A DNA stretch of 62,763 bases from an uncultured Clostridia bacterium (GTDB taxonomy: Bacteria > Bacillota > Clostridia > Saccharofermentanales > DTU023), in assembly GCA_937922005.1 (NCBI GenBank), contig CAKZWV010000060.1:1-62763 (forward strand), in the 5' to 3' direction. Below the pieces are notes generated by a model that was given only the letters and a program-made list of their open reading frames with translations, was not told the DNA's origin and made no database searches. A program made the translations under genes and the position numbers. How positions within the stretch are numbered: the stretch's first letter is position 1; each line of letters opens with the position of its first letter. Of this stretch, positions 50,212 through 59,106 are shown one piece after another.

Positions 50212-51411
50212 ATGGGAAAAAGATGGACTTTTACGTCTGAATCTGTGACAGAGGGACACCCGGATAAAATTTGCGATCAGATTGCCGATGCGATTTTGGA
50301 TGAACTCATGAGAGAAGAGTCTACCGCCCGGGTAGCTTGCGAGACTTGTGTGAGCACGGGCCAAGTTTTTGTTTTTGGGCAAATTACGGCTCGGGATGCC
50401 TATTGCGATATCCCCAAGGTGGCCCGCGATGTCATTCGTGATATTGGCTATACCCATAATCAATTGGGTTTTGATGCCGATGCCTGTTCAGTGATCACCG
50501 CTATTGGCGAGCAATCCCCCGACATTGCCTCTGGGGTAGATCGGTCCTACGAGCTTCGCACTGGGGCTGTCGTCGATGAGGGACAGGAAGATTTGGGGGC
50601 AGGGGACCAGGGTATGGTCTTTGGCTATGCCAATCGGGATACAGAAGTCTTAATGCCCATGCCCATCCAGTTGGCTCACCGCCTATCTCGCACCTTGACT
50701 CAGGTTCGCAAAGACAAATATTCTGACCTCCTTCGTCCTGACGGCAAGACTCAGGTGACGGTGGTCTACGAGGATCATACTCCGGTTCACTTAGATACTA
50801 TCGTGCTTTCTACCCAACATAGTCCTGAGGTCGATATGCCGACTCTCAGGGATCTGATCGTGGAGGAGGTCCTCAAGCCTTCCCTCCCTCCTGAGCTTTT
50901 TGATGAGAAGACGAAGCTATTGATCAATCCCAGTGGCCGTTTTGTGGTTGGCGGGCCCCAAGGGGACTCCGGTCTGACGGGGCGGAAGTTGATCGTTGAC
51001 ACCTATGGGGGCTTTGCCCACCACGGCGGTGGGGCCCTTTCCGGTAAGGATTGCACAAAAGTTGATCGGTCCGGTGCCTATGCGGCCCGTTTTGCGGCCA
51101 AGAATATCGTGGCAGCCGGCCTTGCCGATGCCTGTGAAGTGACTCTGGCCTATGCCATTGGGGTTGCTGAGCCGGTGGATATCAATGTTAATACTTTTGG
51201 GACGGGCAAGGTCTCTGATCCAGAGATTGAGAAAGCCCTTCGCTCGGTTATGTCCTTTACCCCCAAGGCCATTATCAACCGCTTTGACCTCCGTCACTTT
51301 ACCTATCGGCCCGTAGCCAACTATGGGCACTTTGGCCGGGAGGATCTCAACCTGCCTTGGGAGCATTTGGACCTCGTTCCTGACCTTCAAGAGGCCCTAC
51401 CTCACGCTTAA
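50212..51411 (+). CDS. metK: S-adenosylmethionine synthetase
   Basis: '[25 protein letters not shown]' and '[12 protein letters not shown]'. Start set at the ATG after aaaaaggag. Confidence 0.92.
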   Translation: MGKRWTFTSESVTEGHPDKICDQIADAILDELMREESTARVACETCVSTGQVFVFGQITARDAYCDIPKVARDVIRDIGYTHNQLGFDADACSVITAIGEQSPDIASGVDRSYELRTGAVVDEGQEDLGAGDQGMVFGYANRDTEVLMPMPIQLAHRLSRTLTQVRKDKYSDLLRPDGKTQVTVVYEDHTPVHLDTIVLSTQHSPEVDMPTLRDLIVEEVLKPSLPPELFDEKTKLLINPSGRFVVGGPQGDSGLTGRKLIVDTYGGFAHHGGGALSGKDCTKVDRSGAYAARFAAKNIVAAGLADACEVTLAYAIGVAEPVDINVNTFGTGKVSDPEIEKALRSVMSFTPKAIINRFDLRHFTYRPVANYGHFGREDLNLPWEHLDLVPDLQEALPHA

Positions 51412-52208
51412 TGATCTTTTGGGAGACCCTTTTTGAGCTCTTACACACGGAAACTTGTCTCATTTGTGGATGTTCTTTACGGCGGAGCCTGCTACGGGCT
51501 TGGGCAGACTTTGCTGACCTAGCGGTAGGGGCTCAAGCTGGAGTAGCCCCTAGCCACGGGGGCTATTCTTCCGAAGAGCCCCTGTCCAATTTCATTTGCT
51601 CCCATTGTCTGGCTAGTTTTCCCTTTGAACGCCCCCTAGCTGTTAAAACCTTAGCCCAGGGTCTGCCGGTCATCTACTTGGGAGAATTTATCGACTCCTG
51701 TAGGGTCTTAGTCCACCAACTAAAATTTGCTAAAGTTCGTGAGGCAGGTTGGGTCTTAGGCTGGTTAGCAGCAAAAGTTTTGGGGCCCTATTGGGCCGCT
51801 ACGGCCCCTAGTCAAAGGCCGGATGTCCTAGTTCCCATGCCTCTAGCTAAGGAAAGACGCCAAGAGAGGGGCTATAACCAATGCGCCGTCATTGGTGAGG
51901 TCTTGAGCAAAAGCCTAGCTTTCCCTATGGACGAGGAGCTTTTGCTTCGGACGAAAGAAACCCAGCCCCAATCTGGGCTGCATACCATCCAAGAACGGGC
52001 AGAAAATTTAAAAGGCGCCTTTGCTGTCTCCCCAGCCTGCCTTCAACAGGGGGCCTTAGAGGGAGTCACAATTCTCCTCTTAGATGATGTTTGCACGACG
52101 GGGGCTACTTTTCAGGCGGGGGCCCGTCCTCTGCAAGATCTAGGGGCTGAGGTAATTTGTCTTGCGATGGGAAGGGGGCATTTTGTGGATCGGGCCCGAT
52201 GGACCTAG
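51411..52208 (+). CDS. comFC: ComF family protein (double zinc-ribbon + phosphoribosyltransferase domain)
   Basis: N-terminal CxxC pairs (CLICGC...CSHC) and a PRTase motif 'ILLLDDVCTTGATF'. Confidence 0.7.
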   Translation: MIFWETLFELLHTETCLICGCSLRRSLLRAWADFADLAVGAQAGVAPSHGGYSSEEPLSNFICSHCLASFPFERPLAVKTLAQGLPVIYLGEFIDSCRVLVHQLKFAKVREAGWVLGWLAAKVLGPYWAATAPSQRPDVLVPMPLAKERRQERGYNQCAVIGEVLSKSLAFPMDEELLLRTKETQPQSGLHTIQERAENLKGAFAVSPACLQQGALEGVTILLLDDVCTTGATFQAGARPLQDLGAEVICLAMGRGHFVDRARWT

Positions 52209-52517
52209 GTCCTTCTTTCTGGGGAAACGTCCAAAAGCATCTGAGAATCCTAGCGGCACATTTTTGCAAAGATTCTAAATTTGAACTATACTTAATCATG
52301 CCTGATCGCCATACTACGTTTTTGAACCTTCATCGTTTTTTTAGGTACCACGGGTCGAAGTGGAATACGGTCAAGTCTTACTTGAAAAAGGGAAGAAAGG
52401 CCTAAGACCACCGCAGGGTACCATCCTGGCTGAGTATGCTAGGTGTCAAAATCAGTAGACGGTCAGGTTTTTGTTATCAGAAATACAGAAATGGGAACGA
52501 TCGGAGAAATGAGATAA

Positions 52518-53939
52518 ATGCAGGTATATAATGATTTAACTAGAAAAATGGAAGAGCTAACGCCGCAAAAAGAAGGCGAATATCGGGTTTACGTCTGTGG
52601 GCCCACTGTGTATGATCTTTTCCATCTCGGAAATGCGAGACCTTTTGTCATCTATGACACCCTGCGCCGCTATCTGGAGTACCAGGGCAATAAGGTCCTC
52701 TATGTGCAAAATTTTACGGATGTTGATGATAAACTTATTAATCGGGCGAATCTGCTAAAAACCACGGTCCATGATCTGGCTGACAAGATGATTGTGGAGT
52801 ATTTTGTGGATGCGGATGGCCTAGGCATTGAGCGGGCCAGCCATTATCCCCGGGCAAGCGAAGTCATTGACGACATTGTTGAGTTTATCAAGACCCTGGA
52901 AGACAAGGGATATGCCTATGTTTTGGAAGACGGCGTCTACTTTGATACAGCGAAATTCCCTTCTTATGGCAAATTATCCCGCCTCAACAAGGACGAGCTC
53001 GAAACCGGAGCCTCGCAACGGGGGAATCTGAACCAAGAAAAGCGCTCTCCCCTGGATTTTGTCTTATGGAAGTTTAAAAAAGAAGGGGAGCCTGCTTGGC
53101 CTTCACCTTGGGGTGAGGGACGGCCGGGTTGGCATATTGAGTGCTCGGCCATGTCTAAGAAGTACTTAGGGCCAACCTTGGATATTCACTGTGGCGGTCA
53201 AGATCTGCTCTTTCCCCACCATGAAAATGAAATCGCTCAAAGTGAAGCTGCCAACGATGCGCCTTTCGTGCGTTTTTGGCTCCACAACGGTTTTATCAAC
53301 GTCGATGACAGCAAAATGGCTAAGTCGCGGGGCAACTTCTTTACTGTTCGAGAGCTTGCTAACAAATATTCCTACAAGGCTTTGCGCCTTTTCATCCTCC
53401 AGACCCAGTATCGGATGCCCATCAATTTTACGAGCGAGGCTTTAGAAGCGGCTGAGAAGGGCTATGAGCGTCTGGTCCATGGCTATAATAACTTACTCTT
53501 CCTCCTAGGGGCTGAGGCCCAGGAGGGAGCCTTGCCGACCTTGCCTGCAGATATGGTGGAAGAACTTGCCAAGGATCGGGACCAGGCCAAGAGTGATTTC
53601 CTGGCGGCCTTAGATGATGATCTGAATACAGCTGCTGCTGTGGCTGCAGTCTTCCAATTGGTTCGCACCTATAATACCCTAACTGGATCCTATAGCCTCT
53701 CAAAAGAAGACCTGACGGCGGGCAAGGACCTCATCCAAGAACTAGCCAACGTCTTAGGCTTTGCCAACTTAGAGGCAAAACCTGCCATTGACGATCAAGT
53801 CATGAATCTGGTTCACGAGAGGGTCCAAGCAAAAGAGGCTAAGGACTATGCCAAGGCCGACGCTTTGCGAGCGCAGATAGAAGAACTCGGCTATACGGTG
53901 GAAGATACGGCAGCCGGTCCGAAGGTGAGAAAGCTCTAA
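52518..53939 (+). CDS. cysS: cysteine--tRNA ligase
   Basis: 'YVCGPTVYDLFHLGNAR' (HIGH), a KMSKS variant 'KMAKSRGN' and a Zn-binding Cys/His. Confidence 0.93.
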   Translation: MQVYNDLTRKMEELTPQKEGEYRVYVCGPTVYDLFHLGNARPFVIYDTLRRYLEYQGNKVLYVQNFTDVDDKLINRANLLKTTVHDLADKMIVEYFVDADGLGIERASHYPRASEVIDDIVEFIKTLEDKGYAYVLEDGVYFDTAKFPSYGKLSRLNKDELETGASQRGNLNQEKRSPLDFVLWKFKKEGEPAWPSPWGEGRPGWHIECSAMSKKYLGPTLDIHCGGQDLLFPHHENEIAQSEAANDAPFVRFWLHNGFINVDDSKMAKSRGNFFTVRELANKYSYKALRLFILQTQYRMPINFTSEALEAAEKGYERLVHGYNNLLFLLGAEAQEGALPTLPADMVEELAKDRDQAKSDFLAALDDDLNTAAAVAAVFQLVRTYNTLTGSYSLSKEDLTAGKDLIQELANVLGFANLEAKPAIDDQVMNLVHERVQAKEAKDYAKADALRAQIEELGYTVEDTAAGPKVRKL

Positions 53940-53943
53940 GGCG

Positions 53944-54450
53944 ATGTGCTCCTCCTCGGATGAATCCCAGCAGGGAGTATTTGTTCCCCAAGAAGGCTCT
54001 TGGGGACTAACAGCCTGGCCTTTAAACGAAGAACCTTTATCGGTGCGGGAGGTCAATCAGCTACCTTTATCCTCTTTGGCCTGGGTTGGCGACGCCGTCT
54101 ATGAGATTCAGGTCCGCCTCTATCTTATCCGCCACCATCAAATCCGAACGGGGAAATTACATTTTATGGCCATTCCCTATGTCTCAGCCCCAGGTCAGGC
54201 AGCCATTTTGCGCCACTTGGAGGAGACTTACCCCCTATCTCCTGAAGAGCGGGCCATTGTACACAGGGGGGTCAATTTTCATACCGTAAGCAAGGCTAAA
54301 CACGCCAGCCAGGGAGAATATCGACGAGCTACGGCCTTCGAAATTTTGTTGGGCTGGCTTTACTGCGTTGGGCAGCATGATCGTCTGGAAGATATTATCA
54401 ATGTGGCCATTCGTTTTATCCAAGGAAAGTTGCGGGAGGAGCAGTCATGA
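53944..54450 (+). CDS. mrnC: mini-ribonuclease III
   Basis: 'LAWVGDAVYEIQVRLYLI' RNase III-like signature. Position between cysS and rlmB as in Bacillus. The true start is probably a few codons downstream of the ORF-track start. Confidence 0.75.
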   Translation: MCSSSDESQQGVFVPQEGSWGLTAWPLNEEPLSVREVNQLPLSSLAWVGDAVYEIQVRLYLIRHHQIRTGKLHFMAIPYVSAPGQAAILRHLEETYPLSPEERAIVHRGVNFHTVSKAKHASQGEYRRATAFEILLGWLYCVGQHDRLEDIINVAIRFIQGKLREEQS

Positions 54451-55706
54451 ATCAAGATTCAAATCGTAGGTCAGGACGTCGCCAAGGCGGTGAAGATCGT
54501 AGGATAGGCTACGGAGAAGGCCGGGCGGCTAAGCGCTCGCCAGCCTACAGGAAAGGTCGCTCAGCTAGGCGCTCCCAAGACCGCCCCTACGCAAGTGGCG
54601 GTCCATCCTTCAAAGCCCGCCCTTATTCGAAGGATAGCTCGGGTTTTAAGGGCCGTCCTTATTCAAAGGATCGCTTCGATTCTAAGGCTCGTCCTTATTC
54701 GAAGGATCACTCCGATTTTAAGGATCGTCCTTATTCAAAGAATCGCTCTGATTTTAAGGCCCGTCCTTATCCTGGTGACCGCAAAAATAATCCTGCCCCC
54801 CTTGATGAAGAAAATTTTGATTTGCTAGATGATTTGGCGGATGATTTGGTAGAAAATTCGGCATCTGCCCCGGAGGAGAGGGAGAATCTACGTTTTGAAG
54901 ATGAATTAGTATTTGGCCGCAATGCGGTACGCGAAGCTGTCCAGGCCGGTTTAAGCCTCAATAAGATTTATGTGGCTGAGGGGGAGGAGGGAGGCCTGGG
55001 TGGAGACCGTCGACTTAAGGATATTTATCAAGAAGCTGTAGAAAAAGGCTACTTGGTTCAATTGGTGCCCAAGGCCAAACTAGATCGGATGTGTGCGGGC
55101 CATCAAGGCAAACACCAAGGGATTGCCGCCATGGCCTCTCCGATTACCTATGCCGATCCCTACGATGTTTTGAAGACGGTCATCAGTGAAAAAAAACAAA
55201 TCACCGTCATTTTATTGGATCAGATTGAAGATTCTTATAATTTGGCGTCGATGATTCGCAGTGCCGAATGCGCAGGAGCAGACCTCATTGTTATGCCGGA
55301 ACGGAGGTCAGTAGCTGTCAACTACCTAGTGGCTCGGGAATCTGCCGGGGCCTTAGCTCACGTGCCTGTTGCCCGGGTCGGCAACCTTCGCCATTTCATG
55401 AAAACTTTGAAAGATCAAGGCTTTTGGATTTATGGCCTAGATATGGAAGGAACCGTCAACTATCGGCATGAAAAGTACCCGGACCGGGTGGCTATCGTGA
55501 CGGGGAATGAGGGGAAAGGCCTTCGTCCCAGTACCCTACAGGACTGTGATTTTATCCTTTCCATCCCCATGCAGGGAAAAATCAATTCCCTCAATGCCGC
55601 CGTGGCCACCGCCCTCGTCCTCTTTGAGATTGCTGGATCTCGGGCCGATGCCCGTCAAGCTCAGGGGGAAGGTACTCGCCCAGCCCAGGGGGTCGGTACC
55701 AACTAA
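54447..55706 (+). CDS. rlmB: 23S rRNA (guanosine-2'-O)-methyltransferase RlmB (SpoU/TrmH family) with N-terminal R/K-rich 'RPYSKD' tandem repeats
   Basis: SpoU motifs 'ILLDQIEDSYNLASMIRSAECAG' and 'ILSIPMQGKINSLNAAVA'. The N-terminal ~120 aa are repetitive. Confidence 0.8.
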   Translation: MNQDSNRRSGRRQGGEDRRIGYGEGRAAKRSPAYRKGRSARRSQDRPYASGGPSFKARPYSKDSSGFKGRPYSKDRFDSKARPYSKDHSDFKDRPYSKNRSDFKARPYPGDRKNNPAPLDEENFDLLDDLADDLVENSASAPEERENLRFEDELVFGRNAVREAVQAGLSLNKIYVAEGEEGGLGGDRRLKDIYQEAVEKGYLVQLVPKAKLDRMCAGHQGKHQGIAAMASPITYADPYDVLKTVISEKKQITVILLDQIEDSYNLASMIRSAECAGADLIVMPERRSVAVNYLVARESAGALAHVPVARVGNLRHFMKTLKDQGFWIYGLDMEGTVNYRHEKYPDRVAIVTGNEGKGLRPSTLQDCDFILSIPMQGKINSLNAAVATALVLFEIAGSRADARQAQGEGTRPAQGVGTN

Positions 55707-55849
55707 AACCTAGGAGCAGTGTCCTAACTTACCCAGGGTGGTGATGTCCGTCCTGCCCAGGGGAACGGCATCCCCTAAGTCAAGTCTGACACCTGTCCCT
55801 AGCAAGAAACAAGACCATTAGCGAACGAAAAGACAAGAAAGGAGTCCAT

Positions 55850-57229
55850 ATGCGTAACCACCACCGACACCCAAGCCATGAACCTCTAGGACATGATCGG
55901 CGCTTGCCCCGCACCTGGCTTTCCTTAATCCTTATGCTCCTGCTTGTCTTGCCACTTAGCACCCTGGGTGCCTGCAAAAGATCCCAGTTCAAGCACTATG
56001 GACAAGAAATTGGCGAGCTACTCTCCAATTCGCCCGATGCAGTGATGTTTAGTAATGACGCAGATGGCAAAATGACGGCCCTAGGGATTGTTCAGGCCAT
56101 GGTCCAAGCCATTAACAATGAAGATACTTGCAAGGCCATGTATGACTCTCTGCCTAGTTCGGCTGTGAAAGATATAGATTTTTCCACCTTTCAAAAATAT
56201 ATCGGCAGTTTGCGACCCAGAAAACAGGAGAAAATCTATAATATTCGACGCCTAACCGAGAGTCAGAAAAAAGCTATGGTTTTTACTGTAAGTTCAGTAT
56301 GGACTGGGATGAATGACCTAGCGAAAAATAGTCAGTTCTTTTACCTGGACTATGTCTACATGGATCTTCAGCCGACGAGCATTGTAGTGGCCCTACAGAG
56401 TCGGGAGGACGGGACCCCCTACTTTTCGTCAGATTGGGTCAACGCCATCAACACGATAGCCGACTTTTCTGCCCTATATTTTAATGCTATTCAGAGCAAA
56501 AACCTTCCCGCCCTCGAGTTTATCCTGGCCCAAGGCAACCAGCCGACTGCTCAACCCACTGCCTTTTCCTCCATTGCACAAGAAAAGGCCCGGATTATTT
56601 ATGACTATTATTGCAATCAAGGTAACCAGGCAAATTATCTGTTAAGAACGGACCTGATTATGCCCGGTGTCATGCGGATCCAGCAGGAATACATTGAAGG
56701 AAAAGAACAAGCCATCCAGAGGCTGGTGAGTATCTACCGGATCAATGGCAAATATACCATCGCCGAACCCATCGAGAGCAACCTCAAGGAGGAGGATAGT
56801 CAACTTTATGCCTACGGCCTGCCTCTCTCAGACTTGTCTACGAATCCCCAGAACCTGACACTATCGAGTGATGATTTGCAAATGATCCTAGGCAAGGTCA
56901 AGGCCTTAACGGCGACGGACGAGGAAGGCTCATACCAGGCGGAGTATTTTGGACTCAAACTCTTATTTAAGGGGACGGCAGACCTAGCCGCTCAGACCTG
57001 GCAAGGGGAAATTCGACAAATCGAAGTGAGTAGCAGGATTTATTCTTTTGGCCCCAACCAGCACATACAGGTTGGGAGCCCCGTGGCCCAATTGTTGGCT
57101 TCCTATCCTTTTGCAGATGCCACCCAATATACCCTGGCTGGGACCTTCCAAGGACAAAAGGTCCAGCTCAGCATGATTACCAAAGACGAGAGGATCGAGC
57201 GGATGGTTTGGATCCTCCTTCACGATTAG
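55850..57229 (+). CDS. hypothetical secreted/lipoprotein
   Basis: Signal peptide with LGAC lipobox-like motif; no recognised domain. Confidence 0.4.
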   Translation: MRNHHRHPSHEPLGHDRRLPRTWLSLILMLLLVLPLSTLGACKRSQFKHYGQEIGELLSNSPDAVMFSNDADGKMTALGIVQAMVQAINNEDTCKAMYDSLPSSAVKDIDFSTFQKYIGSLRPRKQEKIYNIRRLTESQKKAMVFTVSSVWTGMNDLAKNSQFFYLDYVYMDLQPTSIVVALQSREDGTPYFSSDWVNAINTIADFSALYFNAIQSKNLPALEFILAQGNQPTAQPTAFSSIAQEKARIIYDYYCNQGNQANYLLRTDLIMPGVMRIQQEYIEGKEQAIQRLVSIYRINGKYTIAEPIESNLKEEDSQLYAYGLPLSDLSTNPQNLTLSSDDLQMILGKVKALTATDEEGSYQAEYFGLKLLFKGTADLAAQTWQGEIRQIEVSSRIYSFGPNQHIQVGSPVAQLLASYPFADATQYTLAGTFQGQKVQLSMITKDERIERMVWILLHD

Positions 57230-57280
57230 GCAGCCCTGCACCGCCCCAGCTCGCCCCACCCTTGCCCAAGCACCGCCCCG

Positions 57281-57314
57281 GCCCTGTCCCAGCCTCAGCC
57301 CTGTCCTAGCCTCA
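57281..57314. repeat. 2 x 17-bp tandem repeat GCCCTGTCC(C/T)AGCCTCA in a C-rich intergenic tract
   Basis: Seen directly in the sequence. Confidence 0.5.
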
Positions 57315-57352
57315 GATAGATACCTTTGGAATTTTAGAAAGAACCCAGTTAT

Positions 57353-59104
57353 ATGAAGCCCATGGAACGACTTATGATATATATGCGCCGCCACCTAGGG
57401 GCCATCTTATTTTGCCTTTTTCTAGTCGTGACGGAATCGATTATTGTCACCTTGATTCCCCGTTATACGGGTCTTATCATCAATGAAGGCATCTTGAAAT
57501 CGGACCTCAAGCAGGTATATGCTTACGGTTTTCGCATCCTGCTGCTCGGTTTCACGGCCTTGGCCATTGGGGCCTGGGCCCGGCCATTTGGGTCCAAAAT
57601 TGCCCACCAGATTGCCGGAGAGATCCGCCAAGACTATTATGCCAAGATTCAGACTCTCTCCTTTGAAGAACTAGACCGACTTGCTGTATCCGCCATGATC
57701 AGCAAGATGACTCGAGATATTGATCGGATTACCGTGTCATTGCGCCTCTTTCTCGTGATGATTCCCCGGCTCCCGATCAGCATTTTCGTTGCCCTCTTCA
57801 TCGAGTGGCAGATCAATCGGCAATTGACCCTGATTTTCCTTATTTCCTTTATCCCTCTGACCCTCTTTGGCACCTATCTCTTTATTCGAGAGATGACCAA
57901 GCGGATCCAGGCCATGCGTAAGAGCGCCGATCGCCTCGATGCTCGTGTGAAAGAAAATTTCTTGTCGGCCCAGGAAGTCAAGAACTACGTCCGGGAAGGC
58001 TTTGAAATCCAAAAATTTGAAGGAAACAACCAAGATCTCTGGGAAAAAGACTGGGATATCATGAGGCTCTTTGCCGTGATTATGCCCATGCCTAAGCTCC
58101 TCATTACCGGCGTCGTGATCCTGATCCTCTTTGTCGGAACTCGCTTCGTCCTCAATGAACAAATGCTCCTCGGCGACCTTCAAACCTTCATGACTTATAC
58201 CACGCAGATTATGATGTCTGTCATGGGCTCTGCCATGATCATCCACCAGCTCTACATGGGGGTTGTGATGATGGGCAGGGTCAATGAAGTTTTTGAAGCA
58301 AAGAGTGAAGAAGATCCTGGCAAGCTAACGACCATTTCTAACTACGACCTTGAATTCTCGAATGTAAGCTTTACTTATCAGGGGCTGAAGAGTCCCGTTC
58401 TCAAGGATATTTCCTTTAAGGTTCCAGCTGGCTCCTCCCTGGCTATCATTGGGGAAACGGGCTCTGGGAAGAGCTCCCTGGTCCAACTCATTCCCCGCCT
58501 CTATGAGATCAATAGCGGGTCCATTCTCATTGGAAACACACCGATTCAGGAATATTCTCTGAAAACCCTTCGAGATCATTGCGATATCATTCTCCAACAG
58601 AATACGCTCTTCAGCGGGACCATTCGAGAAAATCTCCAATGGGGGGATGCCGATGCCAGCGACGAAGAGATAGAGGCAGCCTTAAAATTGGCAGACGCCT
58701 GGGAGTTTGTCCAAAAGAAAGAGGGTGGCCTAGAGGCTAAGGTAGAACAAGAAGGAACGAACTTCTCCGGAGGCCAGCGCCAACGTTTGTGTATCACCAG
58801 ATCTCTTCTGAAAAAGCCTAATATTATGGTCTTTGATGATTGTTTTAGTGCCTTGGATATGGAAACAGGCCGAGAAATTTTACGGAATATGGCAACCATG
58901 CACAAGTCAGCTCATGGTCCGGACAAGGCCCCAGTCACCCGAATTATCATCTCACAGCGGATCGAAAACATTAAAGATGCCGACCAGATTCTAGTCCTCA
59001 ACCGAGGGCAGATCTCTGGTCTGGGGACCCATCAGGAACTCTACGAGACCAACGACATCTATCGCTCCATATGTACCTCACAGCAGATGGGATTGGCGGT
59101 GTAA
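57353..59104 (+). CDS. ABC transporter ATP-binding/permease protein (exporter type, half-transporter)
   Basis: Six-TM N-domain; Walker A 'GETGSGKSS', signature 'FSGGQRQRL' and Walker B 'MVFDD'. Confidence 0.85.
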   Translation: MKPMERLMIYMRRHLGAILFCLFLVVTESIIVTLIPRYTGLIINEGILKSDLKQVYAYGFRILLLGFTALAIGAWARPFGSKIAHQIAGEIRQDYYAKIQTLSFEELDRLAVSAMISKMTRDIDRITVSLRLFLVMIPRLPISIFVALFIEWQINRQLTLIFLISFIPLTLFGTYLFIREMTKRIQAMRKSADRLDARVKENFLSAQEVKNYVREGFEIQKFEGNNQDLWEKDWDIMRLFAVIMPMPKLLITGVVILILFVGTRFVLNEQMLLGDLQTFMTYTTQIMMSVMGSAMIIHQLYMGVVMMGRVNEVFEAKSEEDPGKLTTISNYDLEFSNVSFTYQGLKSPVLKDISFKVPAGSSLAIIGETGSGKSSLVQLIPRLYEINSGSILIGNTPIQEYSLKTLRDHCDIILQQNTLFSGTIRENLQWGDADASDEEIEAALKLADAWEFVQKKEGGLEAKVEQEGTNFSGGQRQRLCITRSLLKKPNIMVFDDCFSALDMETGREILRNMATMHKSAHGPDKAPVTRIIISQRIENIKDADQILVLNRGQISGLGTHQELYETNDIYRSICTSQQMGLAV

Positions 59105-59106
59105 GT

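Noticed and set aside
52209-52517. Possible T-box leader upstream of cysS (also looked upstream of metG)
   Set aside because: No AGGGTGGNACCGCG T-box sequence or antiterminator/terminator pair was found. Only loose fragments (GACCACCGCAGGGTACCA) are present.
56941-56951. Apparent extra copy of the GGAGTATTTG motif in the lipoprotein gene
   Set aside because: On re-reading the sequence is GGAGTATTTTGG, with an extra T. It is not a match.
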